Source: the human T2T-CHM13v2.0 reference genome, Homo sapiens
Direction: 5' to 3' (one strand)
NCBI RefSeq assembly: GCF_009914755.1
Contig: NC_060944.1
DNA: 64,000 nucleotides
A program made the translations under genes and the position numbers. The notes below the pieces were generated by a model. That model was not told the origin of the DNA. It was given only the letters and a program-made list of their open reading frames with translations, and ran no database searches. Positions 58,691 to 64,000 of this stretch are shown here, piece by piece. Within the stretch, counting starts at the first letter, position 1, and every line of letters starts with the position of its first letter.

Positions 58691-59299
58691 GGCCAAGAGT
58701 AGGGCACCCAGCCATGTGTGCTGAAAGCTGCCTTCTGCTTGGAACTCCCACCCCACTCTTCTGTTTTGATTTTGATCCCACTTCATGGTCACATTGGCTG
58801 CTATGTAGGAATAAACAGCTCCTGGTTCAAGAGTTGTGATGAGTAAAGCATTGATTCACTCCTGCTCAAGGTCAAACGTGAGTTTGGTTAGGCAGTTCTC
58901 ATCGCTGGTCCTGGGAAACAGATCAGGTTCACTTATTTGTGCAAAGGCAGGACATATGTGTCCTGCTGTGATGGACACATGTCTTGATAATACAAGACAG
59001 CATCGACACAGGCCTCATTGACCATTTCACCACCTGGTCCCATCCAGTGCCATTGTAAAACATACCTTCTACCTACTCAGGAACCACTCATTTGGGCCCT
59101 TAGTGGGAGATGGTTCATAACCCCCTTCAGACGTAATTCCAGTGCCAGTCCTCACAGGGTCCAGATCACTACGGCTGGTTTAGCTCCCAAGCCCTTGTAT
59201 TCCTCCCTTCCTCCTCACTGGCTCCCAGCATGCCTTGTGGCTGACTGGCAGAATATAGAGACAAGGAAAAGAGACATTCCACCCTTTCCATGTGTATCC

Positions 59300-59450
59300 T
59301 TTATTCATTCACTCATGCTGTAAATATTGAGTGCCTACTATGAACAAACCAGGCCCTGGCCCTGTCCTCATGGAGTTCACGGTCTAGAGGAGAAGACAAA
59401 CATTTAATCAAATAACCAAACATATATGTAATTACAAACTATTATGAAGT
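59300..59450 (-). mobile_element. L2 3' terminus
   Basis: ATTCATTCACTC...AAATATTGAGTGCCTACTATG...CCCTGTCCTCATGGAGTTCACGGTCTAG. Confidence 0.75.
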
Positions 59451-60774
59451 TGGTTTGGAGATTTGCAGACTGCTGGCTTCTTGACATCTGGGGAAGAATT
59501 CCTAGGCCTTTGCAAATTCTTCTGTGTGGGTTCAGGGTGGAAAGCAGTGTATGGTAGAGACCAAAGCAGATGGGTGAGTGTGCTGATCTTGTGGAGGCTT
59601 GGTAATTATAGCTGGTGCATTATTAATAAACATTCTGTCTCTGCTTCCTAGTTACGTACAGTTGCTTGGGCCGAATGCTGTTAAGCTTGAACCACGAGCT
59701 CTAAATTGTTCACCTTGTCTTCCTGTTTAATGAAAGGTTTTAGGAAGTACAGATCTGTTAGCAGGGGCGCACAATTGTTTTTGAAATCAAGAGAGCCCAA
59801 CAAATCTTAGGGAAGTGCTGGCTGATGATGATAATACTGGAGTGTCTGATGGGCAGGTGGAGGTCCCACTCAGCTTCGTAATAGGTGAAGACAGCCAGAG
59901 GGGTGAGGAAGAAAGAAGGGTCTGCTGCTTGCCCTTTCCCAGGAAGCCCAGTTGAAAACCTGAGGGATGGAGCTGCTACACTTGTTTCCTAACATCATCT
60001 GTTTTTTTTTTCTTGCTGCTGTGAATTGCTTTCTAGTTCTCAAGAGCATAATGCAATATCAACCATTTTGACTAGAGCTTTGTCCTTGGGAGGGAGTTTT
60101 CACATGAACAGGAGGCAGCAGAAAGCCAGGAAAAACAGCATTGACACGTTAGGTCCATTACACCCCAGGGAAAAATTTCCCACAGCAAGGTCACTAGAGG
60201 CAGCCTCTACACACAATGACTCCTGGGCAGAATTCTGCCCTTGGATAGATAGGGAATGACCTTGGCAAATGCAGAAGCCATTTGGATCCATTTTCAGACC
60301 ATCAAATTTGGCTTGAGAGAAGTAGAATTAAAAATAAAAATCAATTAACACTCTTAGTGTCATTTGAAAAGTGAAAATTTCATGGGTTTTACATTCAGCT
60401 GTGTGACCCTGGATTTAAGGCAGCAGTGACCTGGGGTAAGTTTCTTGACATCTCTGAGCCTGGGATTTCTCATAGGTAAATGATATTCATTCAACAAACT
60501 TTTACTCTGGGATATAATGTCTGGGGATGTGGGAAGCTGTAGTTTTAAGGCCAGGTACAGGCCTAGGGATGGAACAAAAGAGAGGTGCATGGGGCTCTAT
60601 TCCTTGGTGAAACATAGAAAGATGGTGAAAGAAATCTCTGTTTTGGGTAGGTCAGACATCCTGCACCGCATGAAGCACATGTTTGAAAACGGCCACTACC
60701 TAAGAGTGTCACCACCAAGAACCATTTAATTACTCACCTTCAGGCAGCAATGGGGAGGGAAGGGAGAAGTCCAC

Positions 60775-61010
60775 TCACATTTCCTGAGTGCCTCCTGGGT
60801 GTCAGGAAGCACCCTATAAACATGCATGTATCACATTGAGTCTCCATCTACTCAGCTGGGAAGGTGTTACAGTTCTCCTTTTACAGATAAGAAAATGGAA
60901 GCTCTGAGAAGTGAGTCAACATCCTTGAGGTCAACACAGCTAGGAGACAGCAGAGCTGAGGTTCAAATCCAGATTTAACTGCTTCCAAAATTCTCACATT
61001 TTTTTCCATC
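60775..61010 (-). mobile_element. MIR SINE
   Basis: TTTTACAGATAAGAAAATGGAAGCTCTGAGAAGTGAG...GAGGTCAACACAGCTAG. Confidence 0.75.
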
Positions 61011-61684
61011 AAGGAGATATCTAAGCTCCTATCTAGATCTCCATCCCCACAGACACCCTGGGTTGGTTCGGTTTTGGGGGATGAGATAGGACAGGCATAG
61101 AAGAGTGCATGTGTGCACCCTGCACCCACATAGGTAGTTCTGGTACCTTCTCTATCCCCTTCTGGACAATCTCAGCCAAATTTATGACAACTTCTGCATG
61201 CAGGTGACCTCCAAATTTCAGCCTTTAGCACCAAGCTCTCTGTTGAGTGCCACACCCAAATATCCAAATGGCTATTTGACGTCTGCAGCTGGATGACCTA
61301 TGGGTACTCCAAACCCAGAGTGTTCATGAGTGTCCATGCATGCCGAGATTGATTACAGGCTTCCTCTCCTACTCACTGGCTCCTCCTCCATTATTCTCTG
61401 ACTCAATGGATAAATCTGCTGAAGTTGGTGCTCTTTACAGCTCCGTGATCAGTCAGCCCAAGATCTTTGCTCTAATTTCTCAGTCATGTCCTTCCTCAAA
61501 TGATTCTTCCTGCCATCTTCCCTAATTGGAGCACAGACCATCTCATGGAGGGACTGTCGAAGTATTCTCTCCCCTAGGGACTCTCTCTGTTCTCCAACTC
61601 ATACTTTAACCTATTGTCAGTGTCTTGGTGGAAGGTGCAGGACCTTATTAGGTGGACATTGGGAGATGGTCATGTGGGCTAGAT

Positions 61685-61850
61685 CTTTATTACTCAAAGT
61701 GTGGTCTACAAACTGGTAGCATCAGCAACGCTTGGGAACTTGTTAGAAATGCGGAATCTCAGACTCCACCCCAGACCTGAGAAATCAGAATCTGCATTTT
61801 AATGGGCTATCCAAGTACTTCATGTGCCATATTAACATTTAAGGAGCACC
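61685..61850. mobile_element. MER5A-like MITE
   Basis: CTCAAAGTGTGGTC...GCATCAGC...GGGAACTTGTTAGAAATGCGGAATCTCAG...ATCAGAATCTGCATTTTAA. Confidence 0.82.
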
Positions 61851-62256
61851 AAGATAAAGTGAACAGCAGGAGCAAACTGCAAAGGTCAAAAAGAATTGAG
61901 CATTTTCAGTGAAATATGAAGAAAATTGTTTGACCAGAGGGGAGGGGAGAGTAAACAAAAATCTGACAGCTGGAACTCTATGCAAGGCCAAGACATTACT
62001 CTGTGCATGTTAATTCCACAAAGCCACTCTAGGAGGTATTGTAATCCCTGAGAAACTAGAAGGACTTGGAAGGATGGTCATTATATTCATTCAAAGATCA
62101 GGGAACTGAGGCTAACAGGTGGTAAATTATTTGTTCAACTTTCCATAGATAGTAAGTAGTACGGTCAGGATCTGACACAGACTTCTGATCTCCAGTGCTC
62201 CAGTTGCCTCAGTTTAACAGATATAGCCCATTTCCCCATCACCGACCTTTGCAGAG

Positions 62257-62440
62257 CTGTGGTTTTCCAACTTAAGTGTGCATTAGGATTACCTGGAGGG
62301 CTGGTTAAAACAGATGGCGGGCCCCACCCTCAGGGTTTCTGATTCAGGAGCTCTCAAGAAGGGCTGGAGCATTTCCATTTATAACAAGTTCTCAGGTGAT
62401 GGTGATGCTGCTGGTCTGGAGGCCACATCTTGAGAACCTA
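62257..62440. mobile_element. MER5A-like MITE in the opposite orientation to the 61685 copy
   Basis: GCATTAGGATTACCTGGAGGGCTGGTTAAAACAGA...TTCTGATTCAG...TAACAAGTTCTCAGGTGATGGTGATGCTGCTGG...TTGAGAACC. Confidence 0.82.
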
Positions 62441-63206
62441 ACCTGTGAGACTGACGTCATCTACAGGTAAGCTTGTTGGAAGAATAGCTGCTTATCACCA
62501 TGTGTTTCCAAAGACTGAGATGGTTATTGGCTCTCATAGCTCACTTCATTTATTCCTTACAACTATTCAATGCAGACAATATCACTTCCCATTTACACAG
62601 GCTGCAACTGGTGCTCAGAAAGATTCAGTGTATTTTTTTGTGGTAACACACTTACTAGAAGGCAGGCCCATACAAGCCCATTAACAACTCTAGCCTTGTA
62701 GTGTACAGTCTCAAGTTGGGAGGTCATTAAGGAGCCTCCTACTCTACTTTCAGTTAAAAGATGGGGAAATGTAGGCCTGGAGAGCAAGTGAGCTGCCTGG
62801 AGTTCCACAGCAACATAAGGGGATTGCCAGCTGGGGAACCCTCTCTTCTGACCCCAGGGCTAGTCACTGGCTCTTCCATCAGCTACTATGGAACTCTATG
62901 GACTTTGGCTCCCCAAATATTCACCAAGGAGCATTGCTCAGGACTTTAGACACTTTTCAAGGCCACGCATATTGGCTTGACAGACCATAGCAACAAGAGC
63001 CGACAGTTATCACGTACTTACTCGGTGCTGGTCACTTTTCAGTTAAGTGCCTTGGATTGACCCACCTGATCCTTGCTGCAATGCTATGGGTTGTCCTTTG
63101 CTGTGCTATGAGATGGATGCAGAGGTCAGCTGTGATCTCTGCCCTAGGGGAAACTCAAAGTCTAGAGGGGGAGACAGGCAAGCTCACAGAAATCTCAGTG
63201 TATTTA

Positions 63207-63355
<149 letters not shown>

Positions 63356-64000
63356 AAAACAATAGTAACACTTTGGTGAAGATTTGCTACTTGTCAAGTC
63401 TTCATTTGGGTTAATTGATTTGATTTTTTTATAGCCAACTATGAAGTAAAGAAGTATTATTACCATTTTTACAGCTGAGGTAACTCAAGCTTACAGAGTG
63501 AGTGTGACTTGGAAATGCCAGAAGTTTCAAAGGAGCTGAGTGCAGGTCTTTCTGATGCCAGAACTAGCACTTTTAACCCTCTTATTACACCACATGTATG
63601 TGAATGTGTGTGTCCACACTGCACAAGGGGGAGCATCACCCTTGGCTTATGAAAAAAATGAAGGCAAAGGGCAGGAAAGATATTTATCCAGGTAGAGATT
63701 GTGGTTTTTCAAGCACATTGCTGCAAAAGAAGCCAAGGCCAGTCTTCAGTGGGCCACACTCTGATGTGCTAATTATAAGTGAACTCTTAGCTGTTCATTA
63801 AAGATAGATCTTTTTCTGTTCCTTTATTTCCTTGCAAGCAGTCTTGACAGCACTGCTTTTAAAAATATTCTGTAATTCAGAGCGTTACACTTCACTAATT
63901 TACCCCCTGCATCTCTTCATTACATCACAGGCACCCCTTGTCTTCTCATCTTCCCCTATGATCCCTGAGTGGGGTTATCCCTATCCTCAGTCAGTGAACA

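Noticed and set aside
61685-62440. Two oppositely oriented MER5A copies as ends of a composite transposon
   Set aside because: No shared outer 8-bp TSD seen, the intervening DNA has MIR-like fragments, and MER5A is very abundant.

Overview
Primate genomic DNA, almost certainly human (Alu, L1PA, THE1/MST elements and an intact HERV-K LTR5_Hs). It looks intergenic or deep-intronic. I can support no host protein-coding exon, RNA gene or CpG island. The ORFs are fragments of decayed transposons (L1 ORF2, Tigger1, MaLR internal), Alu read-throughs, low-complexity artefacts or chance ORFs. Repeat subfamily names come from recalled consensus sequences, not from a search, and old-repeat boundaries are approximate. 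I found no new coding system; the signal lies in the structure of the insertions. (1) A 3.7-kb palindromic MST/MaLR element has two outward-facing LTRs and a junction exactly at the start of the internal region, consistent with a fold-back reverse-transcription product (14076-17791). (2) A compact L1PA insertion combines a twin-priming 5' inversion with a ~180-bp 3' transduction inside a perfect 16-bp TSD (799-1346). (3) A 968-bp LTR5_Hs solo LTR has a perfect 6-bp TSD and a SOX/OCT-like motif pair (54761-55728). (4) An L1PA7-like element keeps both ends but has lost ORF1 and the endonuclease region. (5) A Tigger1 has had its internal part replaced by a TSD-less truncated Alu. A few unique, motif-dense stretches are weak enhancer candidates.
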